Part shown: positions 25,001 through 37,683 of the stretch, piece by piece | How positions within the stretch are numbered: the stretch's first letter is position 1 | Layout: the number at the start of each line of letters is the position of its first letter | From: Botryllus schlosseri | Lineage: Eukaryota | Assembly (NCBI GenBank): GCA_051294905.1 | Contig: CM119378.1 | Coordinates: forward strand, 3,226,001-3,286,000 | DNA length: 60,000 bases | Direction of reading: 5' to 3' | Program-made: the position numbers and the translations under genes | Notes under the pieces: generated by a model | The model's input: the letters and a program-made list of their open reading frames with translations, nothing else | Told to the model about the DNA's origin: nothing | Database searches by the model: none

Positions 25001-28000
25001 ATGCGGAATCTGTATGATACATGAGTGAATTTGATACAACTCGGTTGTGTGAGCAACGACTGCCCGCCTCGTCACAAGTTATCACGATAAATATCAGATT
25101 CCGACTGCATATATTAACTTTCCTGAATCTGGTTATGGTACCATATCAAGTCGAGGCCGCTACTTATCTGAATGCGAAATTATACGATCTCCCGCTGCTG
25201 CGTTGATTGAAATGTGATGTCCTGACTCGCTGTCAGTAATTAGAGGCGCGCCGTGACTCGGGCTGCTATCGATCGTAGCGTACGACATTGGCGTTACATT
25301 TCAATATAACAGGGCTATGCATATGTGTATAGAGTTGTTAACACAAGCGAGATTATCTGATTCTTGTAGTAGAAGCATTTATGCATACAATTAGCCCGAT
25401 ATATCGGGTATAATTTAGAACATCCTTTGTTGACGAAACACCCCCCTTCACTTTAGAACACCCTCCTCCATTCTCGGCTGGCTGCACCCCTGACGGTGAC
25501 ACCTATTGCTTAATTGCAAATGAGCTTATAAATATTAGAGATAGAATTGGCATTTCAGAAGGACGGGGTTTTGGTTTCAATTTCGAACTCAACCTTTCCT
25601 GTGTACACCGCTACCCATAGGTAGATGACGGTCAACTAACAGTTTTTTGAATACTTCTAATTCTAGTTGCGGATTTTGAAAAGCAAGTCGTTTTAGTTCT
25701 ATCCGCGAGTTTTAAAAAGTGAGTGGTTCTAGTTCCAGTTGCGCGTTTTGAAAATCCACTAGTTCGTACAAGTCTGGCCACTGCACACGACGCACCACCA
25801 CAACAGTCCACTGCCGTAGTACTACCTGAGATATCGTCTGCTCTTGATCTTCGACTGCCTCCGATTTTTAGCCTCGTGATACGAGAGCAGCGCACGATGC
25901 TTCTGAAGTTCGGCCCGTCTTCTCTTGGCTTCCTCCAGACTGACAGATTTCAGAGCCTCCTCCTCCGCTTGAGACAAGCCGGTCTCGGGATTCTCTTGGT
26001 ATTTGTTGCCCTGCAAGTCGGAAAATAATCACAAAATGCAGTGCTGTTCACGGTAGTAGAGAGCATAAAGGATGCGGTATGGTTCCAGATGTGTCTGACA
26101 GTGATCACAACTCAGAGTTGGAGAACTGGAAAATTTTCATCTTTTCTAAATTAGATTAGAATTACAGCCACAGTTTTTGTTTCAAATTTGACTAGAATAA
26201 GTATTATACCTACATTTTTTCTAATTACATGAGATTTAAAATTGTAGCTACACAGACTTTCCCAAATAGGACTAGAATTGGAACCAGTGAATTACCGAAA
26301 ACTTGGAAATTGAATCATGTTTAGTTCGTATCAAGTCAGAGTTTAGTATGGTAAGTACGAGAATGGAAAATATCTGCACAGTAAGCTTGACTGATTTTGC
26401 ACTGCACAGTTCTGCTGTTGCATTTTCAGGAGAACCAGAAATACGCGCATAGGAACGTTTGTCAAATTAGATTAGAATTAGACGACCGGCTTTACGTTCA
26501 AATTAGTCGAATTAGATAAATAGAAATATCTAGTTGATCAAGTCTGCCACCAATGGCGCCTTAATTGTTCAGAGTATTGGAATATATCAGTAGTTGCTAT
26601 ATCGCATCGATACTTTCGACACAATGAAAACGAACAATCGTACATACAATCGTGTGAAAGGCATTGTTCCCCAAATATTTATCTTGTGCACGACCATTGA
26701 CCGTCTGTTTTATTATCGGCTATAACCCAAGATCATCGCTGCTAATGTGGGAACAATTGCTTGGTTGTTTTCTATGGGTGGAATCACGACACTAAAGCTA
26801 CAATAAGGCACACTATTAGACTCAGCGATACCGTAAATGTCTTCAATATTTCCTGTCGAGTCGATGATATTGACCAGAGAGATGCATTTGCATGTGCATC
26901 AACACTCGAAGTGACCCACATTCGAGTACGAGTTGTTTTAGCATGTGATTCTGTCCCCCCGACATTAACATTAACCTAACCATGAGACTAACCTTAACTA
27001 GCAACTGTTGTAACCCACATGCTCTTCCCCCATATGTTCACTAGGGTTGTTAAAAAAACCTTTTCTTTACGGATTCCGAGGATTCACTGATTAAAATGTT
27101 AAGTTGCCTGAAAAACGCTGCACACCAAATCTGGCTGGATTCCAACTGGTAGATTTGAACGGACAGGAGTTTGAAAATGTGGAAATTATTAAAATAGAAT
27201 TAATTTTTTCTCAAATTATACTGTCAAACACACTAAATTGTGAAGCGGTATGAAAGAACGCTGCTAATCAATTTTTGCTCACTTCCAAACGAAAGAAGCG
27301 AAGTTATTGCAGTTGAAAATCCTGGACTCGCAAAAATAGCCATCAACAAATTTGCAAATTCGGAGGTCACGCGGACCCCTCGGTTGAAAATCACTGTTCT
27401 AGTGGGTAGTATAACATCTAGAAAACACATGTCGTCATTTGATGTGAATCGCGATACCGATGTTCTGTTGTGTGATACGTCCGCTACTGACAGTGACGTA
27501 GACAGGTGAGTTTCTGGGGGTCAAAACCCCTGCCCTGTCTTTTTGAAATCCATTTGCAAGTTGCAGTAATTTGTAGTAGCTGTTTTTAGCTAGTTAATTA
27601 TGGATTTTCAAAGGTCATTAGGTATAATTATTGTTACAAGTTTCAAAAAGTGGGTAGTTCTGTTCTGCATTTTGAAAATCCGGTTGCTCGGATAAGTCTG
27701 CGCGGCACGCTCACCTTCAAAAGCTCGTAGATCTGCTGCTCGAGCGGCGTTTTCGGCTTGAACTTTTGCACAAACTCGTCGACCGTGTGAATCTGCATGT
27801 TCTCGTGCTTGAGCGGAAACGACAAGTGTTCCGCCCGACGATTTCTCTTCACGACATCGTCCCATTTCGAGATCTTTTCGGAAGACTCCTCGTACGCCGC
27901 GTCTCTTTCAGCCTTGTCCGCGGTGATTTTTGGCAGCAACGCCGAAAGACGGTTGCTCGGGTTTTCGATTTTAGACAAATCTTTCTTCAATAAGTTAACA

Positions 28001-28254
28001 TTGATGGTGTCGTTGACGCAACTAATCAAGTCATTAACATTGATCTTCGATCCGGGGTTCAAGGAGAACACAGATACATCATCAGTCGCTTCTGATCTGA
28101 AAGATTTCTTTGACGCGTCGATATCATCGACTTCATCCACCCCTAGTGATGCGAGAAGTTGTTTGTGTCGATCAGAGTCATCTGTCAAGTCATTATCTTT
28201 ATCATCGATGGCGTCCAACGTGTCTAATCTATCGAGAATTTCCAGCGTGTCCAT
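16060..28254 (-). CDS. UTP14: U3 snoRNA-associated protein 14 (SSU processome), 8 exons, ~761 aa
   Basis: Exons (minus) 28254-27715, 26010-25826, 23397-23260, 22596-22421, 21805-21504, 19621-18968, 18004-17897, 16242-16060. All introns are GT-AG with consistent phases, total 2286 nt. Motifs KWDDVVKRNRRAEHLSFPL, SYHEAKNRRQSKIKS, ERAVLRHRQGSKWAK, LTLPGWGDWGGTG and YERSIRQPIGKTWNT. Confidence 0.93.
16703..17328. mobile_element. Long palindromic MITE (~300-bp arms) in UTP14 intron 7
   Basis: TGTTCAACAATAACTTTTT at left and AAAAATTACTTTTGAACA at right; internal arms are reverse complements. Confidence 0.7.
19752..20303. mobile_element. hAT-like MITE of the GACTCGAGTC family (inverted relative to 7896-8383)
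   Basis: CAGGGTTGTAAT / TTGCAACCTTG ends, many GACTCGA repeats, degenerate TSD TTTTAGAG/GTTTCGAG. Confidence 0.75.
24709..25492. mobile_element. hAT-like MITE (CAGTGGCGTAGCC TIR) in UTP14 intron 2
   Basis: TIR CAGTGGCGTAGCCAG / CTGGCTGCACCCCTG; perfect TSD ACGGTGAC. Confidence 0.85.
26113..26546. mobile_element. MITE with AATTAG/AGAATT subterminal repeats
   Basis: CAGAGTTGG start, CAAGTCTG end, repeated AATTAGATTAGAATTA; related fragment at 31770-31860. Confidence 0.5.
27042..27335. repeat. Half copy of the palindromic MITE family
   Basis: Matches the left arm of 16703-17328. Confidence 0.6.
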
Positions 28255-28537
28255 TATTGCTTAGAGCTATGATTGCGGTAACATAACACCTAAATACGAA
28301 AAGAACGATGAGTATTTTGCATTAATAAAGGGCGCTAGATTAAATGTGTTTGTCAAACATCAGGAAATTGCAGCGAAATGATTAACGAAATCCAAACACT
28401 CAATTAAGACGATACACACTTTAATCTATTATATAGTAGATAATAGGCCGGTCTGAACATACAATGATAGTGAAAAATCAAAAATATCGATAAAATGTCA
28501 AATGTCATTTGCGACTGTCAAACTGTAGCCTATAGAA

Positions 28538-29030
28538 CAGTGGTTCTCAACCGGGGGTCCGCGAAACCTTCAAACCTCCTGTGATATTATACACAACCGC
28601 TATTCCAGAATAACTTCAAGATGAGCTGCTACATAGAAATGACTAGGCTAAACGTTACATGTTCATCACAATGTGTTTCTCAATTTTGGTGGCATAGCCT
28701 ATATGTTCAGATCATACACGTAGGTGTTATCAGAAGCGTTACGCGTTATTATTACATTCGCCACCACGTAGATTTGTGGAAAAGGATTTTCGGCATTTCG
28801 TCATTTTAAAAAATGCACAAAAAGAATTTGCTTTGAAATACCAAAAGTCTTCCATAATTTCTGGGCTACATAAATAGTATATTATTTTCAAGAAAAGTCA
28901 TTTTGTTGTTGTTCATCACCATCCTACAGTTTACATTTGCACAATGCAGATGACGGTTGCACAAAAATTGAGCAAAATGTGAAGTAAAACATGAGGGGGT
29001 CCGCGAAGACGAAAAGGTTAAGAACCACTG
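28538..29030. mobile_element. hAT-like MITE
   Basis: TIR CAGTGGTTCTCAACC / GGTTAAGAACCACTG, GGGGTCCGCG subterminal motifs; TSD degenerate. Confidence 0.7.
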
Positions 29031-29842
29031 GTGTAAAGATGAACGGAAATTTCAAGTCAATAGCCATTGTACTCAAAATGATACTTTGCGCCATAATAAA
29101 CTTTGGAAATCGTCAGATTTTTCAATATTGTACACTATTCAGAATTGGCAAGACAAAAATCTCACAGAATTTCTGCCATTGTGACAATCGGGTAATATTT
29201 CTGTTTATGATCGGTAAATATATTGAAGGAATTCAAATTAGTAACAGTATGTTGCTTCAAAAAGACCACTTGTAAAACACCAATCACTTTTCAATCCTAG
29301 ATAAATACTACACTCCAACTTCTTATTCCATTCAAATATGCAGCATGGGAGGTCCAGGTCTTGAATTGATACTTACTCTTACGGTACCGTCGTACGATTT
29401 AGGCATACTGTCAAGGTGGCGAGTCTCCGCACAAGTCACAATAAAATAAAATTCATTCATCTCTCTCTGGTAACATAAACATTGGATGGTAGGATGCGTG
29501 GTTCTCGTACAGTTATGCTCCACATCTTGGCAAGTATATGTCGCAAGTAAGCATCGCACCACGCATATAGTTAGACCATGCATCAGTTTTCCTAGTATTT
29601 AGACTCATGCTTAATCTGGTATGGATTTGAACCTGGAAGATCCTAGGCTACACAAGACAAAGGGGCATGTAATATGATGGACTAGAAAGTAGAACTGTGA
29701 CCAAGTACCATGCTATAACCGTGATACAGTACATAGACACATTCTCCTTAGAGCTGGGCAAAATCGAGGACCTGAGTGATTCCGATTCTGAATCAAATAC
29801 TAGGCTCAAAGTCGAGTAGAGTAGTCCAGTATCACTCATTAC

Positions 29843-30197
29843 TTGGGCAAGTTTTTGCAACTTTTTTTTACAGCCTCCGGCAGCTTCCTGAATACTCGTA
29901 AGATATGTAGAATGCTGTTTTAAGCTGTTTGAAGGAATCTTATAGTGCAACTTTTTTCCATTTTTTCCATGCAATTTTTTGCAACTTTCTCGATTTTTCA
30001 TGAAAGTATTTTCGATTTTGGTGAAATACACGGCCAAATTCGAAGTAACGCTTTTACGGGTATTTCGGGAGCTGAGCCGAAAAATTGACCTTTTTTTTAG
30101 TCAATCGAGCAAAATGTGGTCAAAATGCAACTTTTCAACTTTTTTCAAAAATAAATGCAACTTTCCACGGAGTTAACTGCAACAAAAACTTGCCCTA
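29843..30197. mobile_element. MITE with GGGCAAGTTTTTG TIR and GCAACTTT subrepeats
   Basis: GGGCAAGTTTTTG / CAAAAACTTGCCC; flanking CATTAC duplicated. Confidence 0.6.
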
Positions 30198-30342
30198 CAT
30201 TACCAAGTCACAACAGTACCGCGTTCAAATATGTACCTTTTATGCGACCACAAAGGATAAAATGACCGTACTACATCACCATGCCTATTTCATCGCACTT
30301 TGTGACAATGTAGTGGGTTGATGATCATGGCACATATGATAT

Positions 30343-31013
30343 ATGTTCAAAAATAACTTTTTTCCATAATTTACTGGCTCCTCGATAAAATAGTTAGGTT
30401 ATGGTACCTAAAAAAACGCTGCACGCCAATTTTGGTTCAATTCCAACCAGCGGTTGTGAAGTTCTTGTGGTAGAAAATTTTGGATTATTCAATATAAATA
30501 GGCTACATATAAAACTTTTTCAAATTTCAATGACTGCCCCGTGGAATTGTTAGGTTGCCTGAAAAAACGATGCACAATACATTCAGTTCAATTCCAACCA
30601 GATGCAGCGAATTTTTTAGTGGACAAAATTTCAGATCTGGAAAATTTAGTGTTCACGGCGGCAAATTCTTAAATCATTCATTATAGAACTACCCACCGTA
30701 AATACCATGATTTAATACCCTAAATTTCGAACGTAAACAACTTCACTTCTACTGGTTAGAATTGAGACAAAATTGGTGTACAGCGTTTTTTTTTTCAGAC
30801 AATTTAACGATTTCATGGGGTAGCCAGTGAAATTTAAAATTATATATTCATTTTTATTGAATAAATCCTAAAATTTCTACCACATTAACTTTGTTTCCAC
30901 TGGTTGCAATTCAGCCAAAATTGGTGCGCAGCGTTTTTTAGGTAACCTAGCAATTATATCAAGTAGCCTAGCCAGTACAATTTGAAAGAAAAAGAAGTTA
31001 TTTTAGAACAGCC
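30343..31013. mobile_element. Long palindromic MITE (same family as 16703-17328)
   Basis: TGTTCAAAAATAACTTT ... AAGTTATTTTAGAACA with reverse-complementary arms. Confidence 0.7.
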
Positions 31014-31328
31014 GAAGTGCGTAGCTTTTTTACTACATGTTTTGTGCGCTGTGATATGGCCAATCAAGATTTCAAGGCTTCGACAGCGTAAAAAGTGTCG
31101 CAACTATAATTCTCGTTGATAAAGCAACTCGTAGTGGCAAGGAGCATGTAATTTCAGTACTCGGATGATCTCTCACTAATCGACTCGTAAGAATTAATAC
31201 TCGAATAATCACACCAAGCTCTAAATTTTACCAACTCTTATGCTTATACTTCTGTATACTATTCCACGTCGAAGGAACATCACTATCGCTGGGAATGGCA
31301 CAAAACCCAAAATTTATCGAAGGCGTAC

Positions 31329-32612
31329 TTAATGAAGCCAGTAAATCAAAATAAGAATAATGCAGACGGCGACAACCAGCGCTATAATTATCGAATCTCT
31401 CTGCTTCCTCATTCGAATTTTACGAACGAGATTATTAACGGCCGGAAAACGATTGGCCAAGTCGTTCAACCTTGTCGTTAGGCTTTTAAACATTTTTCTC
31501 TGCGACCCCAAATTATCCCTCGTGGCCATCGCGATGTCGATGGCTTCGCTCGCCAGGCGGTCGGAATTTCTCAAGTGTTCGTTTTCCTTCAGGAACAAGT
31601 CGGTACGGCGGCTGTTGGCCCCGGTAGAGTTTTTGTAGTCGCTGATGTCGCGTCTCACCGATCCTATCAAGTCCTCCCTCTGCCGATGAGCCGTTATGTT
31701 GCTTTTCGTCTTTGCGAATTCCCGAGTGTAGTCCTGAAGTAATAACGCACATAGTTAGCACTAGGCTTGTACAACTAGTTAATTCTAGAGCGAAATGCCA
31801 GTAATCTAATCTAATGTAACTTGGGAAATGTTTCTATACTCCCATTTTAATTCTAATCATTTCTGGTTTTCCTATAAATGCTACAGAACTGTATAGCGCG
31901 AAACGAGCCAAGCTTGCTGGACAGACCACGACCATGACCAGGTCAGCACTACTATGGCAGTGAAGCCAGAAATTTCTACTGAATTACAAAATACCCTTCC
32001 GCAAGCATTCGAAGTAATTTCCGAGGCAAACAATAGTCCTATCAATATTTTGGGCTATAAAAGGAGTTAAGAAAGCATGATAGTGTGCGACTTTAGGCTA
32101 ATTAAGCAGAAAGGTATCACATACTGGCAGGTTTTCCATCCAGCACAACTGTGTGATTGATATCACAACCAAGATTGTCCATTATTGCAATTCTGGTGCG
32201 CAAAAGTAAGTAGATTTACCGCGGTTGTGATAAAAAGTATTAGAGTCTCACTGCTTACGACTCGAGCAGCTTTTGCATGCACGCATTGAACAACGTAGAT
32301 AGAACCCTAACTAACCTGCAAAATATCTCTATGCCGTTGCAGAGTATGCATAGAAGAACTCGGCCCGTTGATTGCTTCGTTATGATTGGACATCATGTCA
32401 TTCACTCCGGTCAATTTGGCGAGAAGTTGCTCGATTTCCATGGCCATCGTCTCAAACATACGTTCGCCGGAAGCGTTGCCCAGTAACGGCGTATGGTCAC
32501 CGACATGGCTACTGTAACTGGTGCCTAACTTGCTGAAGGAGACCAGTTTGAGATCGAGCTCGTTTTCATAACGTCGCGCCTGCTTCCGCAAATCTTCCCA
32601 CTTGCTGGCCAT
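31329..32612 (-). CDS. GOSR1: Golgi SNAP receptor complex member 1 (Gos28, Qb-SNARE), 2 coding exons, ~233 aa
   Basis: Exons 32612-32316 and 31733-31329 with a phase-0 GT-AG intron. Motifs WEDLRKQARRYENELDLKLVSFSKLG, HTLQRHRDILQDY and LANRFPAVNNL, plus a C-terminal TM anchor. Confidence 0.95.
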
Positions 32613-33712
32613 ATCCGATTTCAATTAGGAATCGCATAAAATCTACAAAACATAGAATTTGGATTTCACACACGTAAATGCAGATTATTTTCGCTAAAAT
32701 CAAGCTGGACGATGAAATACTCAGTAGTGGACGATGTTCGCCTGCACAGCTATGAAGTACGTTCAGTAACGTACCGTCAACAAGGATAGCGGGTTGAGTG
32801 AAATCATCAACTCATACAGAAACTATACATTCATAAATATCAAACTCAAATTGACATTCCGGTATATAATTTCATAGTAATAAATGTTACAATTTTGCCT
32901 GCACTGTATCAGTCAACCAAATGTAAACCAACAAGAGACAAAAATCTTTAAAAAACCTTGTATCCTACAGATATATTCATATTCATGGCACAAATGTAAG
33001 AGCGTTGATTAAATTTGGTCAAATAAACTCTGGGGTAGAGTTACAAAAGAATACTATCAGGCTGTTCGATAGAAAAATGGAGTGTAATCAGTGGAGTCTA
33101 CTTCTAAAAATAAAAAAGTAAAAGGATACAACTAACAGTGTAGATACATACTGTGATAATACTAATGTGAGTGTGTTAATAAAAACAGGGGAATGGTAAC
33201 TGTTTAAGGTTATCTTTTCCAGATAAAGCTACCAGTCAAGACGCATATATCAACTACTATACCTGCAGTAGGTTGTGACAAATTATCTTTAAAATATGTC
33301 ACCAATCATTAGTTCAGTGCGAAAAGTCTGCTGAAAATGGTTCAATCACTCGGGTTTTAAGAGTATTGGATCATGGAAGTGTTAAGTAAAATGATATTTG
33401 AGATAATTCACAAAAAATTTTGCTGGTAGGAAATTTACAAAATTTACGTTTCTCTATGTCGTTAACATAAATGAGGCCACATTCAACCAATCAATTGCAT
33501 GTACCTTTCGATAATAACCACAGTAATCACATATATTGGGCTATTAAAATTTGATTAGCAATGCAGAAACGATGAGTTTACTTAACACTTATCAAAAATC
33601 ACAGTATACAACGAAATTACATAGGATCGTGCAAACGCTTTAATACTACGAAAATAATAATTGTCAAGTCGAAACTACGTGTACAATAAAAATGGATAGT
33701 TCCTTTCTTAAG

Positions 33713-35407
33713 TTATCGATGCTTTGGAGATTTCCTGCCCCCTTTTCCCGATTTTCTATCTGGATTTGCCGCTGCCGGTACCGCATTTTCATCAGTTTTC
33801 TCAACATCTGGCGGCATATCAAGATCGATTTGCAGCGGTGGAAAGTCCGACTGGGTTTCCAGTATTTTTTGGTGAAACGAGCTCCTGTCTTCGATGATCT
33901 TCTTGACAGCGTTAAACACAGTTGCGTCGTTGATGAGAGAGTCCGGGATAGCAGCGCCTGGAGTGTTGTAAACAGCTTGTATTATGTGAGACCGCAATCG
34001 CTCGAATCTGGAGCAAGCTTGCTCGGCAGACACTCGGGATAATTGCTCGCGTCGACGGATATCTTCGAGATCCCTGCATAAGTTTTTGATCTCTTCGCTT
34101 TGTTTTTTATCAAGTTCGTTCCCTTTCCTGACTTTTCTGTGATAATCGCGGAGCTCTTTGCTTTGTTTGTCAATTTTTTCTTTCATTTTGTTAATGCGGT
34201 TTTGCGCGTCACCGAGTGCTTCTTTAGTGACGCTCAGCTCATGTTCGTTGGTAGCGATGATATCGTTGTGCTTACGGCTTTCTCTGAGGTCCGAAAACTT
34301 TTTTGACATCGCTTTTGCTTCCGCGATGGCGTCGTTCATTTTTGCTTCAGATTTCACGACTTGAGACGTTAATTTCATTATCTTATTTTGGCACGACTGA
34401 AGATCTCGTTGTAACGCGTGAACGAAACCTTCATTCAAGGTCAATTCTTTATGAGATTCCTCCAATTTTTGCTCTAAATTCTTGATATAGCAACTCTTTT
34501 TCACAAGTTCATCTTTGATGATGATAACTTCATCTTCCGGAGTTAGTTTTTCAGGAGCCATAATATCAAATTCTTCCTGTAATGCATCAACATCGGCATT
34601 CGCGCTTCTAACGGATGCCCTAATACTTTCAACTCTGCGTTCGTAAGGATCTTTCACATCGCTTTCCATCGAAGCAACATCATCTAATCTATCAGATAAT
34701 GCAGTGTTTCTTCCATCGTTTGACGTCAGTATTATCTCTAATGCGGGTTGTTCTTCGACCGACACTTGAGTAGGATTTTCAAGAGCTTCCATTCTCTGAT
34801 ACAGTTCTTCAATTTTCGCATCTTTAAGTTTACTTTCCTCTTCAAAAGAGCCCATTCGTAGAATTTCATCACTCAATAATTTGATCCGATTCCTGAGATC
34901 ACCAATAACACTTTCAGAAAGATTTTCCTGATTTGTGGTTGCCATTGCGTTTTGAGTGAGTTGACGCCTAAGCTCTGCAATCTGATCATCTTTTTGCTGC
35001 AACTTACTCTCAATATTGTGAAAACGAGATATCTCTTCATTCATTCGAAGAATTTCTTGCTCTTTCTCCCGTAACATGGACACGTACCAAGTTTGACCAT
35101 TGGAAACGTTGCCATCCAATTCGTATTGAGGAGATTTGACTGTCGGGTGTTCAGCTTCGGATCTGGTGTTCTGCAAAAATTCCCGAGCGGACATTCTACC
35201 TTGACAGCCAGGCGAAATCCGTCCGGGCAATCTCACGCTCATTGCGACAGATTTTGGTCTCTCGTCTTCGCTCAACGTAATGCGTACTCTTTGCCTTGCC
35301 GTATCAGGTCGGGAGCTGTAGTCTTCCACAAAGCCGCTGGAAGCCCTGCTTGTTTTGTCTTCATTATAACCAGAGCCTTTTCTGGATGTGTACGCGGAAC
35401 GCGACAT
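33713..35407 (-). CDS. CCDC27: Coiled-coil domain-containing protein 27-like, intronless, ~564 aa
   Basis: Long heptad-rich ORF. WYVSMLREKE and the C-terminal ERLRSHIIQAVY...INDATVFNAVKKIIEDRSSFHQKI...PPLQ resemble CCDC27 as I recall it. First in-frame ATG is 35407, with an in-frame stop just upstream of the TTG at 35422. Confidence 0.75.
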   Translation of the reverse strand: MSRSAYTSRKGSGYNEDKTSRASSGFVEDYSSRPDTARQRVRITLSEDERPKSVAMSVRLPGRISPGCQGRMSAREFLQNTRSEAEHPTVKSPQYELDGNVSNGQTWYVSMLREKEQEILRMNEEISRFHNIESKLQQKDDQIAELRRQLTQNAMATTNQENLSESVIGDLRNRIKLLSDEILRMGSFEEESKLKDAKIEELYQRMEALENPTQVSVEEQPALEIILTSNDGRNTALSDRLDDVASMESDVKDPYERRVESIRASVRSANADVDALQEEFDIMAPEKLTPEDEVIIIKDELVKKSCYIKNLEQKLEESHKELTLNEGFVHALQRDLQSCQNKIMKLTSQVVKSEAKMNDAIAEAKAMSKKFSDLRESRKHNDIIATNEHELSVTKEALGDAQNRINKMKEKIDKQSKELRDYHRKVRKGNELDKKQSEEIKNLCRDLEDIRRREQLSRVSAEQACSRFERLRSHIIQAVYNTPGAAIPDSLINDATVFNAVKKIIEDRSSFHQKILETQSDFPPLQIDLDMPPDVEKTDENAVPAAANPDRKSGKGGRKSPKHR

Positions 35408-35994
35408 GACTATACCATTCAAAGCCCACTACCGCCGCCTCACTGCTGCTAGCAACTTGGACAAAATTATTGACACGCAATTTTGCTTTGATGAAAGAGC
35501 GGTTGCCAGATTTTGGTGCAGGATTAGGATTATGGCGGTGGCAGACAATTTTTCTCAGTAAACGATCAAATTAATTCTGGTTCTTTTCTCATATCACAAG
35601 GACAATGTATCGGTAGATGAAATTGACAGATTCCTCGAATTATCAAGAGACAAATGGTCCGAATCACTGAGTTATGTAGACGCTGGACTAGAACTGGAGT
35701 CAGCCGAATAGAGGAGGCCTGTCGATATACTCTACTCATGCACAAATGCGATCAAAGTAGTCATCGTTGGTAACCAAGTAGAAGTAGAGGTACCGTCATA
35801 AATTTCAACTTTAGTAGAAGTAAAAGTGGCAATTTTCACGGATGTAAAAAGTAATAGTATAGGCTATTCTAGGGCTAGTCCATCCTCAAGATTACCGGAC
35901 CACGACTGACCTATCGATCTCGCCTTCCATGACATGCCACCCCATTTTTGTCGCTTGCTTTTTTTCTATACTAACTTCTTTACTTTTCATTCAG

Positions 35995-36262
35995 TGTGCA
36001 TGCCTCCTCTTTACATCGCCAAGGCCTATGTGGGTGTCTGATTCCATAGACTACTCCAAGTCGCTTCGACTATAGAAATTAAACATGGAACGGCAACGAC
36101 CGATTTTGCTGCTTCGTTCCGCTTCGCCGAGGCTGCAAAATCGGTCGTTGCCGTTCCATGATTAATTTCTATACTTCGACACCTTCCTATCTTTTCATTG
36201 TATCGCATTTTGTGGTGTATTGAACTGATAAAATTGCTAATAAACCAATGATGATGATGATG
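35995..36262 (+). repeat. LINE-tail-like repeat copy carrying a palindromic insertion
   Basis: Reverse complement of 48758-48931; ends AATAAACCAA(TGA)n. Confidence 0.75.
36071..36173. mobile_element. 103-bp near-perfect hairpin MITE
   Basis: TATAGAAATTAAACATGGAACGGCAACGACCGATTTTGC and its reverse complement; 7-bp TSD CTTCGAC. Confidence 0.85.
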
Positions 36263-36463
36263 TAGCAGCCCTAGTGCTGCTGTTAACCTTGTTATCAAAG
36301 TATTTGTCATGAACTGTGAACGTGGTTTCTTGTGATAGTGATATTCTCTTTTTTTTGGTTTGGAATTCGTGCTGGCCGGTCGTGTGACCTCCGACTTGAT
36401 CCGAGGCCGTTTTATGTTGTGGTGTCGATACGTTGCAGTTTGCGAGAGAAGCTCGCACTACAT

Positions 36464-37683
36464 CAGAGGTCTCAAACACGCGGCCCGCGGGCCGCATGCG
36501 GCCCGCCAGAGCATTTTGTGAGGCCCACGACGACATTTTAGATTTTTAATAATTTGACAAAATATAAGTGTCACATATATCTTTTCAGGTTATAAAGTGA
36601 AAATTCCCTCTTAAACTGCTCCGAAAGCCTTAAACTATTCATCAAACTTCACTATCACATCAATTGCAAACGCTACCATGCAGTGGAACATTCACTATTT
36701 CGCCTCATTTCCAATTCAGGATGTCAAAACCAGACCCTTAGACGATTCTAGACTGAAATTTGTGAGTTGGACTTGAACGCGACCGTTCTTAGAATTACTC
36801 AGACTCGGGCTAACTCGATGGCAAAATGAAAATGACTCGAGTGGACTTGGAGTAACTCGAAATGCCGTAAATTTGTTATAACCATGGACGCAACAAACTA
36901 ATCGCGTATCAGGGGAATAGTAATAGATCAGAAGGTCGCAGCTTGGTATTTCGCCAACTAAGCAAGTATAGTTATGGCAACCATTGGCAATCTGTGAGTT
37001 ACATCTTTGGTCGCTAAACCATGTTATTAAGGCCACTTAAAGGTACCGAGTACCGCAGTGGTACGCTCCAACGATGTAACAGCAATGGCCAATGGGCCGT
37101 TCGGCGTTCCGACATTTCAATCACTAGGACACATTAATTATTATATTTATATTATATTTATATTTTTTTCTGCTCCTATACTTTGAAGATATTTGGCCAT
37201 GAGATTAATAGCCTATACTTATCAGAAGTATATCCGAATCCTGGATTGGAATTACAATGCTCAACTTTAAAATGTTTTGATATCAGATCAGTCTCTATTA
37301 TCAATTTGTTGGATTCAAAATATTCATTGTAGCTGGGAATTATAGCCCGATAGATTTTATGATGACATCATACATTTGTCCGCCCATATGGTGTCTATAT
37401 CTTATAGTTAATATATATCAAGTACATCAACAATTCTATTCAAATAGTTATAAATGTGATGATACTTTTCGTGCCAGGCCCAAATTGATACAAACGTAAA
37501 TCACATTTTGACGATGTGTTTACTGTCAGTCTGCTGGATCGGCTCACTTTCAATAGGACAATTCATTCCCGCCAAATAAGGCCTACTTGGAAAGACATAG
37601 AATACCCCAATAAATGCGGCGGCCCGCGGCGTCGTCAAAACTGGAATACTGGCCCGCAAGCACATTTGAGTTTGAGACCTCTG
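36464..37683. mobile_element. hAT-like non-autonomous element (Charlie/Buster-like)
   Basis: Perfect TIR CAGAGGTCTCAAAC, GCGGCCCGC subterminal motifs, perfect TSD CACTACAT. Confidence 0.9.
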
